Source: Klebsormidium nitens
Lineage: Eukaryota; Plantae; Klebsormidiophyceae
Assembly: GCA_000708835.1 (NCBI GenBank)
Contig: DF236954.1
Location: 108,647-172,646 of the forward strand
Direction: 5' to 3'
Length of the DNA: 64,000 nucleotides
Part shown: positions 1 to 12,150 of the stretch, in pieces
How the letters are laid out: every line of letters begins with the position of its first letter
Position numbering within the stretch: the stretch's first letter is position 1
Made by a program: the position numbers and the translations under genes
The notes under the pieces: generated by a model
What the model saw: the letters and a program-made list of their open reading frames with translations, nothing else
Told to the model about the DNA's origin: nothing
The model's database searches: none

Positions 1-827
1 TAAAATGAGCATGAGATATTGCTGTTGATTGCCTGAAGGATGTGAGTAATCCTTTCGAGTTGAGTTATTTGTTTCTGTCTCGGTTTTGATTTGTTTTGAC
101 GAGTTTGAAGCCCGGTCTTAGAGTTGACATCAGAAACGGGTTCGTCTTACTTGCATGCACGTGCGCTTGATTCCAATATGCATGATTGAGAGGTCACGAC
201 AGCCTTTTCATCAGGTTAGCAGCGCTCTTATTATGCCCTGATTGCTCCGAAAGAGTGGTTTTGTGAGGATTGCAGGGTCCATATCTGGCCCGTAAGAAGT
301 TCTAGCCGGATTGGCAATGAGAGCGAGCGTTGCTGGGTTCTTTCCAGCGGTTCACCCTCTGTTCTGAGCCATTGTGAGGCGCAGCGGGGTCACCACGTCG
401 ATTCGCTGGAAAGCGAGCTTTTTTGAGGGTGTTCTCGGTCTTTCATAGGTATCAGACCCTTAAAGTCTCAGACTAGCGAGGTGATCTTCAACAACAAGGA
501 ACTGTGTGTGGCTATGATGAGGCACCAATTGGATGAGTTTCCAATATGTAACCTGAAGCCACCACCGAAAATAATGCGTCTCCTTTTCTCCAGGAGAACA
601 CAGGGGGGTTTTACATCATTGTCTCCAAAACAAATCCTCCAGGCCAAATTTCGATCTGCTAGACTTAGCTGCCATCCGGATCAAGATCAAAGTTCGATAG
701 TGCAAGCTCATCCTATAGTTCCTGCCTTTCTCAAGGCGACCAGAATCAGTCTCAGCTATGTCCCATTTCAGCTCACCAAATATTCAGCACAAAGGCAACT
801 CGAGCTTCGTTTCTTTCCGTTCCGCAG

Positions 828-1628
828 CGCGACGTCCGGCTGGCGGGCGGCATCGAGCCGCCACACGATCAGAGCGACACGCCCCCGAATGTCGTCATCA
901 GTCTGATGTATTCTGACGTGCACGCGGCGTACCGTCACGCGGTGGCCAACGGAGCGCTCGGGATGGCGCCCCCGGAGAACAAGCCGTGGGGGATGACGGC
1001 AGGGTGCGTCATGCTTATGTCTGCAAGATGCTTGCCATTTGATTCTGTAAGAGCTTTCCCGTTCGCTGTGCCGAAGTTTGTTGATCGACGTTGGATTTCT
1101 GCTTAAGCTAGTAGCGTCTGTTCTGTCTCTTTACGTCGAAGTAACAGCGCCTGTGGTATGGGTCTGCCTCTGGCGATTGATGAAAGTCGTGAAGAAAGTT
1201 TGCGTTGAGTCTCTGCTTTGAATCGCCGTCTCTTTTAGGCACAGCTCTGGCTGAACAGCTTGTACTCCGTTTCTGAAGCATCTCGTGCATCACTCGCTGA
1301 TGGTCCGAACGAGATACGTCCGCAGACATCAGCCCATCAATTTCATTGGATCAAAAAATATCTGCCCTCGTCTTTCCTTTGACTAGCTCGTCTGTTGACT
1401 ATTGCAAAGCCAGTTCAAACTAGAATTTGAAGTCAGGTTTGGTTTCCAAAGTGTTATTCGACCTCTGAGCGCTTCCGGCCACTGCTATCGGGGTTGCCTC
1501 GACGAGACTGGGCATCCAGAGCTCCAACTGTTACTGAACAAGAAATCTGGTTTTCGCGGCGCAGGTACGTGAAGGATATTGACGGCATCCTTGTGCAGCT
1601 CGCAAGCCCTGTCCGGGGTCGCACATGA
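828..1628 (+). CDS. VOC-fold glyoxalase I-like (lactoylglutathione lyase-like) protein, 3' part only (last two exons)
   Basis: Exons 828-1003 (after TTCCGCAG, donor GTGCGT) and 1565-1628 join in frame: RDVRLAGGIEPPHDQSDTPPNVVISLMYSDVHAAYRHAVANGALGMAPPENKPWGMTAG/YVKDIDGILVQLASPVRGRT*. The D-V-x-A-A-Y...A-V-x-N-G-A...P-E-x-K-P-W-G...G-Y-V-K-D-I-D-G pattern is the C-terminal half of plant GLXI-like VOC proteins. The 5' exons were not identified and may lie upstream of the window. Confidence 0.85.
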
Positions 1629-2701
1629 GTAATTTCTGATCTGGCTATTGCTGCTTTCAAAGTAATTGAGTAATCTCTAATCCCTAAAAACGGTCCGAAC
1701 CTTCTACCGAGATGGGGGGTAGTTTTGTGTAAGCAGTTAAATGCTCAAGGCAACTTGTGCGGCAGTTCGCGACGAGCTGGCGTCTCGAACTTCCAAGATC
1801 AGTAGAGACGCCATCCGCGCCAATCGAGTCGAAAAGCTAGGAGGTTGAGATCTTAACACTAGGTATTTGAAGGGTGTCAGTGGGACGCTACTGAGGATTG
1901 ATGGATCAAGCGGCAGATTCAACATTCAAGGAGTACGTGATTCGCGAGAAGTGAGAATGATCTTGTTGCGTCACAAAGCTGGCATGTGCACGCAAGCAAT
2001 GCCATGCCAATATCCGAGAAGAGAAGGTACGTCGACCTTGGCAATCTGGCGCGTCCGGTCATGCAGGAATTTTCGGAGGCCGTTGGCCTGACGGTTGTTT
2101 AGTAAAGGAGTTCAATCAGATCTTTCCGGCCACTCTGTATTCAGTGACCGGCCAAGGTTCGCTGCCGCCTATAATGATAGCCTTAATAAATGAGGATGAC
2201 AATCACCTAAGTAGATTTATAACCTGGCCATGCAAGACCTGGAGCAACATGATGCAATCATGTAGGTTGCCACCAATCTGCGATACGCATGTCTGATGAT
2301 GCAACGCGCGAAAGTCTAACGTGCACAGCAGATGATTCTGGCTTAGATGATGTTCGACAATGCTTGTATTTGGACTCAGTGTCTGTCATGCAGCCTCCTA
2401 CAGTCTCGAGCAAGAAATGTAGGAGGCACATATTGGCCGTGCTGCCTTGAGCATTTGAGTACATTTACGGCCTTGCCTGACCCAGACTAGGATTGCAGCC
2501 ATCGGGGTTGGCTGGAGGAACTGGTCAGGAAGAGAGGTCTTTAGGAGCTTAAATGAAGAGTACCAAAACGCCCAGTTCTACAACATGCAGCGGCGTGTGT
2601 GATGTCGCGTTAGTGGGTGCCCCTTTTATCATATACACCTATGTTGATCTACGTGATCCCCCAGATCAGTCAAAACTAGGATAAGCTTCTCGTCCATTCA
2701 A

Positions 2702-5700
2702 TCAGTAAAAGTCCGCGTCCCAATAGTAGTCCGAGTTGTCGTCATCTCTCGACTTGCTCGCACCGCGCCCCTTGCGGCCGAAAAAGTCTTCCGGCCACTC
2801 GGAATCGAACGGCCTCCGCACGTTTGACCAAGAGCTCGCCCCCGAGCCCCGGCCCCCGTGAGAGCGCGAAAAGCCATGCGATCGAGACGAGCGTCCGAAG
2901 TTGCGCACGGACGACCGGAAAGTGCGGTCCTCTTCGTCCGCATCGTACGCCATGCGCTGCAAGAGAGATCGTAAAAATTTGTCAGCCAGCTAACGTGCTG
3001 ACGATAGGTTTGGATAATGAGCACACCGAGCGATATTACCCATCGCTCTGGAAGGGCATTCGGCGATTGCCTACACATGCGCACGCAAGAGGTAGAATGT
3101 CAATAAACTGGGTTCGCGTCTACCAGACCGACTCTGGCCAAAAGACTGCGACAGCCATATTCGAGAGATGGGGAATAGATCTTGGGAAAGGGCAGAGAAG
3201 ACTTGTTCCTCCAGGTTTCGAACTTCGGAGATCGCCTACCCGTTCCACGGATCCAGAGCACCGCTCACCTTGCTAGGATTTGACAGCACGTTGTACGCCT
3301 CGCCGATGATCTTGAACAGGCGCTCGGCTTCACTGTGGATCTCCTCAGTCACGGCCGCCTTCTCTTCTTCCTTAAGCATGCTCAGGAACTGCACAGCCTG
3401 CAAAACACGAAGAGTGCGGAGAACTCAGAAATGCATCAGGGTTTGAAAAGCAGGGCTGAAGAAGAAAATCCGAGCTACCAGGACACGGAAGATGAGCGAG
3501 ACCTTTCAGTACGCCAGCTTGGATGTCAAGGGTCGGCCAGAGAGACAAAACATATTGTTTCTGCTGACAATCGTTCTGCAATACGCCGAGAAGGCTGACG
3601 GATTCATTGCCTGTGTCCTTGGAGAGAGGAAAGGCAAGGCGATTGGTAAAACAGATTCTCAGAAGTACCAAAAACATGCTTGGTACTTGCAGCCGCTAGC
3701 TGTGAAGCACCGCAGCTCTGAGAAATAAACAGATCCAGCTGGCAAACTGCAACACTGCAAAACACTTCCATTGCCGCCTGCTTCCAGAAGATCCTCAATC
3801 CATAAGCACAGCAACATCTCATACCCTATACTTCAGCGCCGTACCTTATCCGGGTGATGCCGCAGCGCCGCCTTGCGGTACGCCTTTTTGATCTCCGCTT
3901 CGCCTCCCTCTTTCTCCACTCCGAGCACCTTATAGTGATCCACCGGGACGTCCTTTTGCACCGCTTCCTGAGCCTTCTTCTTGCGCTCTGCGACCCCCCG
4001 GATCTCCTGCGTGAGCTGCGGGTCCCGATGGGAGGCCTTCTGGCGTGACGTCAGGATTCCGGACAGGCGCTCCAGGTCGCGGACGGACTCCGAGTGGTCG
4101 CGGATGAGCTCGTGGAGCGTGGCGCGGCGGGACAGGGCCTGCAGAGCGAGGAGTAAATGGCGTGAGACGGAAGGGCTTTATCGTCTCCTTCGGCGGGAGA
4201 GCGCCTGCGAAAAGTCAAATTGCCTTCTCAGACTCCAGAGTAAGTGGAGTGCTTTCACTCCGCTCACTTTGGAGTAAGTACACTGCTGCAGTACTGCTGG
4301 GACAAGCGCGCCTAGATCCAGGAATTAAAAATGTGTCTTTGATGTCAGATGATCACCGCGAACCGAGAGCGTGAGATTGCAAAAGAAGTCACACATGCGA
4401 GTCTGCCGAAAGTAGCGACTGCAGATTAAACGAAAGCTGAGTAAGCTGAGTGACACCACAACGTTTCATCTCAAGACTTCTCTTCTTGTCCAAAGGGTTG
4501 TAAGCGCGCCCCTTCTCCCCTCAGTCAGGAACTCACAACGTTTGCAAGGGCAATACCGATCTTTTATCAAACCGCTTGTTTGGCCCAAGCCACTCAAATG
4601 GCTCCTACGAGATTCAGCTTCTTATCTCGCTCAGGCCTTTCACAATTGGCCCTTTTCCAATCAATGCAAACAGTCTCCAAAACCCCCCGCCGACCCTTAC
4701 CTTTGCATACCCGGGGTCGAGCACGACCGCCCGGCTGCAGTCTGCGATCGCCTCGGCGAAGCTCCCCAGGGCCTGGTACGCTGCCGCGCGGTTGGCGAGG
4801 CACACCGCGTTGAAGGGGCGGCTCGAGCTGTTGCACGCGAGCGCCGCCGAGTAGTGCTCGATTGCGACCTCGCGCTTGCCGGCCTGGAACGCAGCGTTGC
4901 CAGCGGCCTGGGAAAGGGAATGAACATGAGAAGAGCTCTGCATAGAGACTGCGGCAATTTGTTAATCAAGAGGTGGGCCGAAAGAAACAAGTTGCTTGTC
5001 CCCGAGTGGTCGGAAGCGATGGGGCTCTGCCGCTGCGGGGTCTTGCGGCACATGTAACTTTGAGACGACGAAAGCTGAACGGCGGAATTGTCAACGGAAA
5101 AGGGAAACCTCTCAAAATGAACACTTCCAGACACTCGTAGAATGAGGTCGGCTATGAGATCGCTTTACATGTCAACCTGTAAGGAAGGACTCAAGAAACA
5201 TCTTAAAAGATGCTTCCACAATAAATGAAAAACCCGATGGCGACTTTACTTACGAGCCGTGATACAATGAAACGCCGAGAGTCCGTAGATATTAGGCCCC
5301 ATTACAGTTGGTGCTCCTAAGTGCACGAATCAGATCTGACCTTACGAAGTAGATGAAAGAGAATCAAGAAATCAAGAGTTAATGCATCGCACCTTGTGTT
5401 TCTGCAGCTCCTTGATGAACGCTCGCAACCCCTCGAGAGTTTCTTCCGATGCAGCCGCCCTTCCCGCGCCCTTCTCGTTGACCGTTACCGCTTCCACCTT
5501 CCCGGCCAACTCGTCCGCCTCCTCTAGTTTCCCCAGGTGGTACTGCGCCAGAGCGCTCACACGCCACCGCCACGTTCGGACACTTTCTACCCCCGTTAGG
5601 ACCCCGTCCGAATCCTCCTCTTCGCCGTCCGCGCCCTCGCCGCGCGCCCGATTGAGCTCCGACGCGGCCAGACTCGACTCGCAGAACTCAATGACGTCAT

Positions 5701-8700
5701 CGAACTTGCGGAGCCAGAGGAGCGCGAGCGCGCGCAGCTCGTGGAGCGCCTCCGAGTGCCCTGCGACAACTAGGGTGGCGGACACGAGCTTCAGGGCTTC
5801 GGACGCGCGGCTTGCTGACACCTGGCGGAACGGCCGGGCTAGGAGGCGGGTCGTCTCGGGTGCAGAAACGTTTTCGGTGTCGGGCTGGGAAACGGAGGTC
5901 AGGAGATCCTGGCACTCAAGTAGCTCTGCCGCTTTGGTGACCGCTGCCAGCACCTCTTCCGTCCTCTTGAGGCTTTCGCACGCCTGCAGGGAACGAAGGC
6001 GAAAAAAATGTACACCACCGCTATGGGTCTACTTGAAGCTAAGCCTTTTGGGTCCTGACCGAAAGCAACAGCGCGACAGTACAGAACCAAGTTTGGTTAC
6101 AAGACCAAATGTCCAAGCACAACAACGGAACAACAGTCACAGACCAGCACATCCTTTCCAGCCTAGGCGACTCAATTCTCAGAGAAAGGTAAGGAGAGGT
6201 TCACCAATCTCTCACCTCAGCCCAGACCTTGATGCTCACGCCCCCTCCACCGGGGTTTCCCGCCTTGGCGCATTCTGCGTACCACGCCCGCGCCGCATCG
6301 AACTCGCCCAGCATGAGGTGGCAGTTCGCGGCCCGGAGCCGCACCTTCTCGAACTCGGGGTCGATTGCGCACGCCGTCAGACAGTCCGAGAGCGCCTCGC
6401 GGACGCGCCCGAGGGCCATTCGGACGGCGGCGCGGTTGCTCAGGCACAGCGCGGCCGATTTTGCACACCTGCATGGAAAAAACCCTTTTGAAATTTCCAG
6501 TCATTCGTCCGCATCTGTCCGAAAGTAGATGGAAGAAAACTAGAGCGACAGAATGGCCGCCTAAAGCGCCTATTGGACGCGCCCGCGGGCCATTCGGACT
6601 GCGGCAAGGTTGTTCAGGCACAGCGCGGCCGATTTTGCACACCTGCACGTGAGATGGAATGCACGGACTATTTGCGCATCTAAAGATCGCAGAGGGAGAT
6701 GGAAGAAACATAAAGCGGCATGAAGGCGGCGATCCGAGAGCGTCATTCAGGCACAGCACGGCCTCCTTTAGTATACCTGGCGATGGTGCAAACTCCCACT
6801 CGCTTCCAGAAGACACCCTCAGGAACGATCCACAATATCTCCAGACGGCCTCGACCTTACGTACGCCAGTGAATGACTTCAACTGAACATCGTTTGTAAA
6901 GCAAATTAGATTTCACTCGAATCTATCTACTTTGGTAGACGCTCGCTTCAAACACCCAACGAAAGTGAGCACTCTGTACCCGCTATAAACTCGACCTTCG
7001 AGTTGACTGCGCAACTATTGAAAGGACTGCGTCCGATGTCGGCAAATATTCTCACCTGTCGTACACGAGCCCGTCTCCGGTCGTCACAGCGTCGACGCCC
7101 TTGGTGTAGAGAGCCTCCGCGCCCTTGTAGTCCTTACTGGCATACGCCTGGTTCCCCTTGAGCCGCCACCGCTCACAGGTAGATGCGGCTTCCGTTGCCT
7201 GAGCGGTGCTAAACGAGACCTGCAGGTTGGACGGGAATGTCAAATGGGGAGCATCTGAAACTTACTCAAGAGCGTACGCGTGGAGCCTGCTCCATTACCT
7301 GAGCTGTGCTGAGCGAGACCTGCACGTTAGTCGGAAATGTCAGATGGGGATCTTTTGCAATAAATCCGGAGTGCTGGCTGAAAGTCAGGGCGAAGACGAG
7401 GACCGCCTGCTTTGGCTTGCAGGCATTGCGGTGGACAGTTCGCTCAAAACGCAAAGTAATCAATCAAGCCTCTGCACAGATGCACAGCAGCGGAGATAGT
7501 CTTATGGAGTTTCCAATATCAGCACCGCGCATAACAACAGGCGGCAGTCCCTTTTCTCAACATCGTCGCGACTTTGCAGCAAAAAAGACCAAGGAAAGCC
7601 GCTTGTGTAAGTGACCAAGTAGTCCGAGATGCAGGATTGCAGCAAGCAGACGTCTTGTCGGCCAGCAAAAAGCGCATGCGCAGCAAACGGTGTGGTAAGC
7701 CCCAGTCATCAACACCGGTCTCAGCAAGAGATAAAAAAGGCGGTCTGACATTTTTTGTGATGCGCCCAGAAACCCTCAACCCGCAGCCGAAACTTATGAA
7801 GCGTCTTGTCCTCAGCCTGTGCACTCACCACATCCGGAGGTAGATCGTCGAGACCACCTTCAACCTTCGGCGCACCCTCTTCGACTGGCGCGCCGCTGGT
7901 CGGATCAAAGTACTGAAAGTAGCTTTCCGAGCTTTCTGGATAGTACACTTGGTTTCGGGACGGTTTGCGGCCCCCTGGCCCCTGAACCTCCTGCCTCTTT
8001 CCGTTTCCGTTCTCCTCGTCCATGGCTTCCGGGCTTGCCACGTCATCGGCTGTCAGATCGATGTACGAAGAGGCCCCTCCGGAAAGAGAACTAGAGTGGA
8101 GCTTGTCCCAGCTCGCGCGGGCTCTGCTGGGGCCCACCCTGCGCGCTTTCCGGACCGGTTTTGGCGACTGCACCTGAGCAGCGCTTGTCGCTGCGGGATG
8201 GGGCATGGTGGACCCGGGAAAGATCGGGTTAGACGAGTCTGGGAACGTTGGCTTGCTAGGATCAGCGTACTCAGTACCTCCAAAGAACGGATTGCCGAAG
8301 ATTGGGTTAGGGGAGGTGGGGAAGGTCGGGTTAGGAGAGGCGGGAAAAGTCGGGTTAGGAGAAGGGGGAAAAGTAGGATTAGGGGAGGGAGAGAAAGTCG
8401 GGTTAGGAGAGTTGGGGAAGGTCGGGTTAGGTGAATCCGGAAACTGGCTGCCTGCAAAGGTCCACTCTGGAAGCGCGCTGCTCTTTGCTGCATCGGAAGC
8501 GCCATAACCCGGTGGTTCCGGAAACCTGCCCGCCCCTTTTGGCGCCCCTGGGGCAAAGCCCGGGCCACTAACCCCAAGCACCGTCTTCTCTGCTGACTGC
8601 CTCGGAGCCTTGCCTCGCTCCAGAGACCGCCTCCGGCCGCCTTCGGTCGAACGCCGCAGCGAGTCGCTTCGCTCCATGGACCGTCTCGAAAGGGACGAGC

Positions 8701-11700
8701 GCCGGGGCGACTTGGGCGACGTCGGGCCTGACGCAAAAACGAACGGCCCGGCCACCGGTGGCGGTCTGGGGGGGCTGCCCGGGGACTGGGCCTGGAAGGC
8801 AAACGGCCCCTCAGCAGCCTTTCCCGCACCGAAAATGAACGAACCTGCTGAAGTCTTTGGTGCAGCATCCGTTTTTATGTTCGCTGGAGGAACCTCTTCG
8901 GCTTTACTTGGTTCGTTGAACTTCGGTTCCGCTGGTCCGCCCCTTTCGCCCTCTTTGAAGCCCCCGAGCCTGCTAACCGGCTCGTCAATCCCCTCACTGA
9001 CGCCCTCGGCCGGCTGTGCACTGCTGCTCTCACCACCGTTTGGGGCCTTGGCTACGCTCTCCGCCTCGTCCTCAGCATCGCTTTCGGAACTCTCCGTCAA
9101 CTCTTTTTGATCCACCGAGCCCAAGTCCATCTCCTCGACATCAGCCCCCAGCGCCTCTACTCCTTCGGCTGCTCCTGTAGCAGATTCGCTCTCGTTCTCA
9201 ACCGCGCCAGCGCCATCTTCCCCCCCTTTGCCCACCTCTCGCGCCGTCTTTTTCAGCCGCTCTAGTTTCTCCTTCTCCCCACGGACCCAGTCCTTGTCCT
9301 GCGCCTCCGGGTTCACGTCATCATCGCTCTGGCTATCGCTCTCGCTCGAGTCGTACTCGTACGGCTCCTTAGGCGGCGTCCACCGACCAGTCCAAGCCTC
9401 GCCCCCTTTCGCCGTCCGCTTATCGCCCTCGCTCTCCTCAAAGCTGCTGCTGCCCTCTTCCAAGTCCCCATCGTACGACGCACTAACCCGGACCCCATTC
9501 ACGCCCGCCTTCCGGGGCCCCTTCACACCCGCCCTGGGCTTCCCTACCCCCGTCGCTGCGTAGCGGTTGTTGACAGTCGCTCCGAAGCCCTTGGCTTCTG
9601 CCGTCCCCGCACTCTGCTCTTCACCAAGGCCCTTATCCCCCCTTTTGGCAGCGGCCGGACTGGCGTCCTCTTTTCCGACCCGCTTCTCCGGCCCCGCACC
9701 ATGCACATCTCCATTTTCGAAACTCTCCCGCCCGGGGGAGATGTCCATCGGCTGGGGCGACTCAACCCTCGCCTCCTGCTCTTCTTCCATCGGTCCCAGA
9801 GGTACCCCGCCGGCCCCTGGGTTCGCGCTCCCGCTCTCAACAACCCCAGAAGCAGCAGAGGCTGGTTTGGGACTTGCGGGTATCGGTGGCTTCCCTACGG
9901 GAGTCCGCTGCAAGCTCCTGGTCGCCGTGAACGCGGTCTTGCCGGAGGGAGACGCCTTCTTGGCCATCTTCTGCTCTGACCGCCGCTTCGCCGGAGTCCC
10001 TGGGGACACCCCTCCACCGCCAAACGCCACAAACGGGGGCACTTGGGGGCTTCCACCAACCTCAGGACTCGAGTCCCGAGCTGCAAAGACCGGCTGACTC
10101 TTGCCGAACACCCCAGCGCCGAAGCTCTCTGAAGTCGTGTCCTCGTCTGGAATGGAGCCCTTGAAATGGAAACCCCTGAGACCCTCGAGGCTTGAAGCGG
10201 TGCCGGCAGCGGCTCCCTCAAATGTGACTCCCTCTTTCGACTTCGCCCCAGCTAAGTGGAGCCTCTCTGCGAAGCTCTGGCTGAATTGCGAGCTGTCAGC
10301 CTCGCCAATTTTCTTCCCCAGCGACTCGGGCTGATCGCGTGCGCCGCTCGCGCTGCCTCCGCTGCTCCCAGCACTGAAGACAAACGCATTGATGCCTTGC
10401 GGAGGGGCCGGTTTCGCCTTTTCAGGATCCGGCAGCGGCGACTGGACAAACGAAGGGGAGGGGAGATGCGAGCCAAAGCCTGGCGCAGCCGTTTGATTGG
10501 AGGGGGCCTGCGGAGGGGTCTGGAAGACGAAGGGGTTTTGGGCTGCGAGCGCCTTTGCTGATTGAGCACCGAAAACGACGAAGGCATCCCGTTCTGCTGC
10601 CTTGCTGGGCTGCTGGTTCTTTGCGCCTACCGCTCTCTCTGGAGGGAAAATCGAACTGAAAGCAAATGGTGCTTTGCCTCCAAAGAGCACCTCCGGGGCT
10701 ACATGGAATAAGGAAGCGCTCTCTTCGTTTGGCTGAGGCTTTGGAGCGGGCTTCTCCGCAGCCCGTGTGCTGCTTTGTGGCTTGGAGGGACTGACGGGGG
10801 GGGCTCTTGGCTTGGAGAGGTTTAGCTTGTCGAAGCCCTGAGCGAGGCCTTCCGCTTGCTGCTTTCGGTACATGGTGGCAAAGGGCCGCCGCCTGTCAAC
10901 CACTGGCTCTTGCGCCTCTCCCAAACCCTGTGCGCTTGTGGGCCCCTTCACGGGGGCTGGAAAAGCAAAGGGCTCGTCCGCGAACAGGGAAAACCCCTGG
11001 GTTTGCCCTGGCCCAATGCTCCCCTTGCTCTCATTGGACCTGCTCTGACGCTCTTCCACGGTCGGAGATGCTGCCCACGTTGTGTCCCCCAAGCCAGATG
11101 CAGCGTCGGCAAACGCATCGAAGAACGTTGCGTCGGCAGGGGGCGGGCTATTGAGGTCCAGGAAGGAGCTGATCCCAGCCGCCTCCGTGCGCTTCCCCGC
11201 GCCTTTGAACCCCGGCCTGTCTCCGTAATTGGCCCTTATCGAATCAAGCCCATCATACTGTGCACTGCTTCGGTTTCTGCTTGGAGCCACCCGCCCCTGG
11301 GGAGCACTGCTTGGGTTTCTGCTTTGACCAGGCGCTGCAAGCCCCCCGCCAGAGGCCAGCCCAACCCCTGACGGGCCTTTGCTCTGACTCTTGCCGCGTG
11401 TAGGTACTGCCTGGTCCCCGAAGCTCTCCCGCGACGTTGTTGAGCCCGACGTTGTTGGGCCCCCTAATCCTGCTGCCCCCCCAGCTTTCTCCCCAAGCAC
11501 GCCAACATCGAAGCCCCCCGGCTGTGAAACTGCAGGTGCATTGCTGCTACGACCAGGCGCCGGTGCCGCATACCTCGGCCCGGCTGCGTCTGGACCTCCG
11601 GTTTTAGGATTTGCAGCAGCCTTCACCGCCCCTGGGTTGCCCCTCCACGGAACATTGAAAGCAGCCGCTGCAGCGGCCGCCCTCTTCGACTGCAGGTTAC

Positions 11701-12150
11701 TGTCCGGCACGTCAGCCTTTTGAACCCCTGACCCTCTGACCCCTCCATCTCTCCATGCAGCAGGCGCCGGTTTCCCCTGGTGCGCCCCCCCAGTCTTTGC
11801 GCCGCTCTCCCCAGACCTGCGCTCCTCACGCTGGAACGAGTCCCTATTCTGGTGCTCGTCCACCATGCCGCTGGAGCTCCCAGTTGCATCCCGACCGAGA
11901 CCATCACTGTGTGACTTTTCAAAAGCCCCCAGCCCTTCTCTAGCTCCTGACCCCTTGACGGCGAACCTTGAGTTCAAGCGCCCGTGCCGAAACCCTCCGG
12001 CTGCTGGCTGTGTCGCCCTAGTTGCGAAGCTAGCACCCCCAGATCCTGCGTCCTTGTTCTGACCAGCTGATGCACCAGCTCCAGTTGATGACAAGTTGGT
12101 GTCATTCTTCGACGACACTGACGGGCGAGAGCCTGTGGTCGACGAGAACC
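2702..12150 (-). CDS. TPR-repeat + C-terminal J-domain co-chaperone (DNAJC7/plant TPR-DnaJ-like) with ~1430-aa low-complexity N-terminal region
   Basis: Exons in transcript order: ~12150-7829, 7219-7056, 6468-6228, 5983-5393, 4907-4701, 4138-3845, 3397-3269, 2956-2702, all GT-AG and phase-compatible. TPR motifs (RLKGNQAYASKDYKGAEALYTKG; CLSNRAAVRMALGRVREALSDC; AGNAAFQAGKREVAIEHYSAAL; CLANRAAAYQALG) and J domain (DHYKVLGV...IKKAYRKAALRHHPDK...RLFKIIGEAYNVLSNP). Start codon unresolved: an acceptor lies at ~12151 with an in-frame stop just upstream, so either an unfound 5' exon or a downstream ATG is used. Confidence 0.92.
6390..6650 (-). repeat. Tandem duplication of an acceptor plus first ~75 nt of a TPR exon (decoy exon with stop)
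   Basis: TGCAG|GTGTGCAAAATCGGCCGCGCTGTGCCTGA occurs at both 6642 and 6468. The upstream copy reads CAKSAALCLNNLAAVRMARGRVQ*; the real exon reads CAKSAALCLSNRAAVRMALGRVREAL. Confidence 0.9.
7195..7350 (-). repeat. Tandem duplication (~100 bp period) of intron end plus exon start in the TPR-DnaJ gene
   Basis: CCCCATCTGACATTTCCGACTAACGTGCAG|GTCTCGCTCAGCACAGCTCAG (copy ending 7299) versus CCCCATTTGACATTCCCGTCCAACCTGCAG|GTCTCGTTTAGCACCGCTCAG (real exon from 7219). Confidence 0.9.
8297..8443 (-). repeat. Coding 24-bp tandem repeat (~6 copies) encoding (x-S-P-N-P-T-F-P)n
   Basis: The plus strand shows GGGAARGTCGGGTTAGG-like units every 24 nt. The minus-strand translation is FPDSPNPTFPNSPNPTFSPSPNPTFPPSPNPTFPASPNPTFPTSPNPIF. 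Confidence 0.9.

Noticed and set aside
828-1628. Glyoxalase-like gene as a recent bacterial transfer
   Set aside because: It matches the plant GLXI-like VOC type and contains normal spliceosomal introns; nothing suggests a recent foreign origin.
5382-6491. 369-aa plus-strand ORF (and similar long antisense ORFs at 8053-8868, 8610-9110, 9567-10097, 10856-11371)
   Set aside because: Shadow ORFs opposite GC-rich TPR-DnaJ exons; no recognisable domain.
6217-6882. 221-aa minus ORF with an internal repeat (CKIGRAVPEQP x2) as a separate gene
   Set aside because: Off-frame reading across the duplicated exon junction of the TPR gene.
8297-8443. GGTTAGG units as an interstitial telomere or CRISPR-like array
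   Set aside because: The strict 24-nt in-frame period with codon-position variation is explained by the SPNPTF peptide repeat. There are no unique spacers and no contiguous TT(T)AGGG run.
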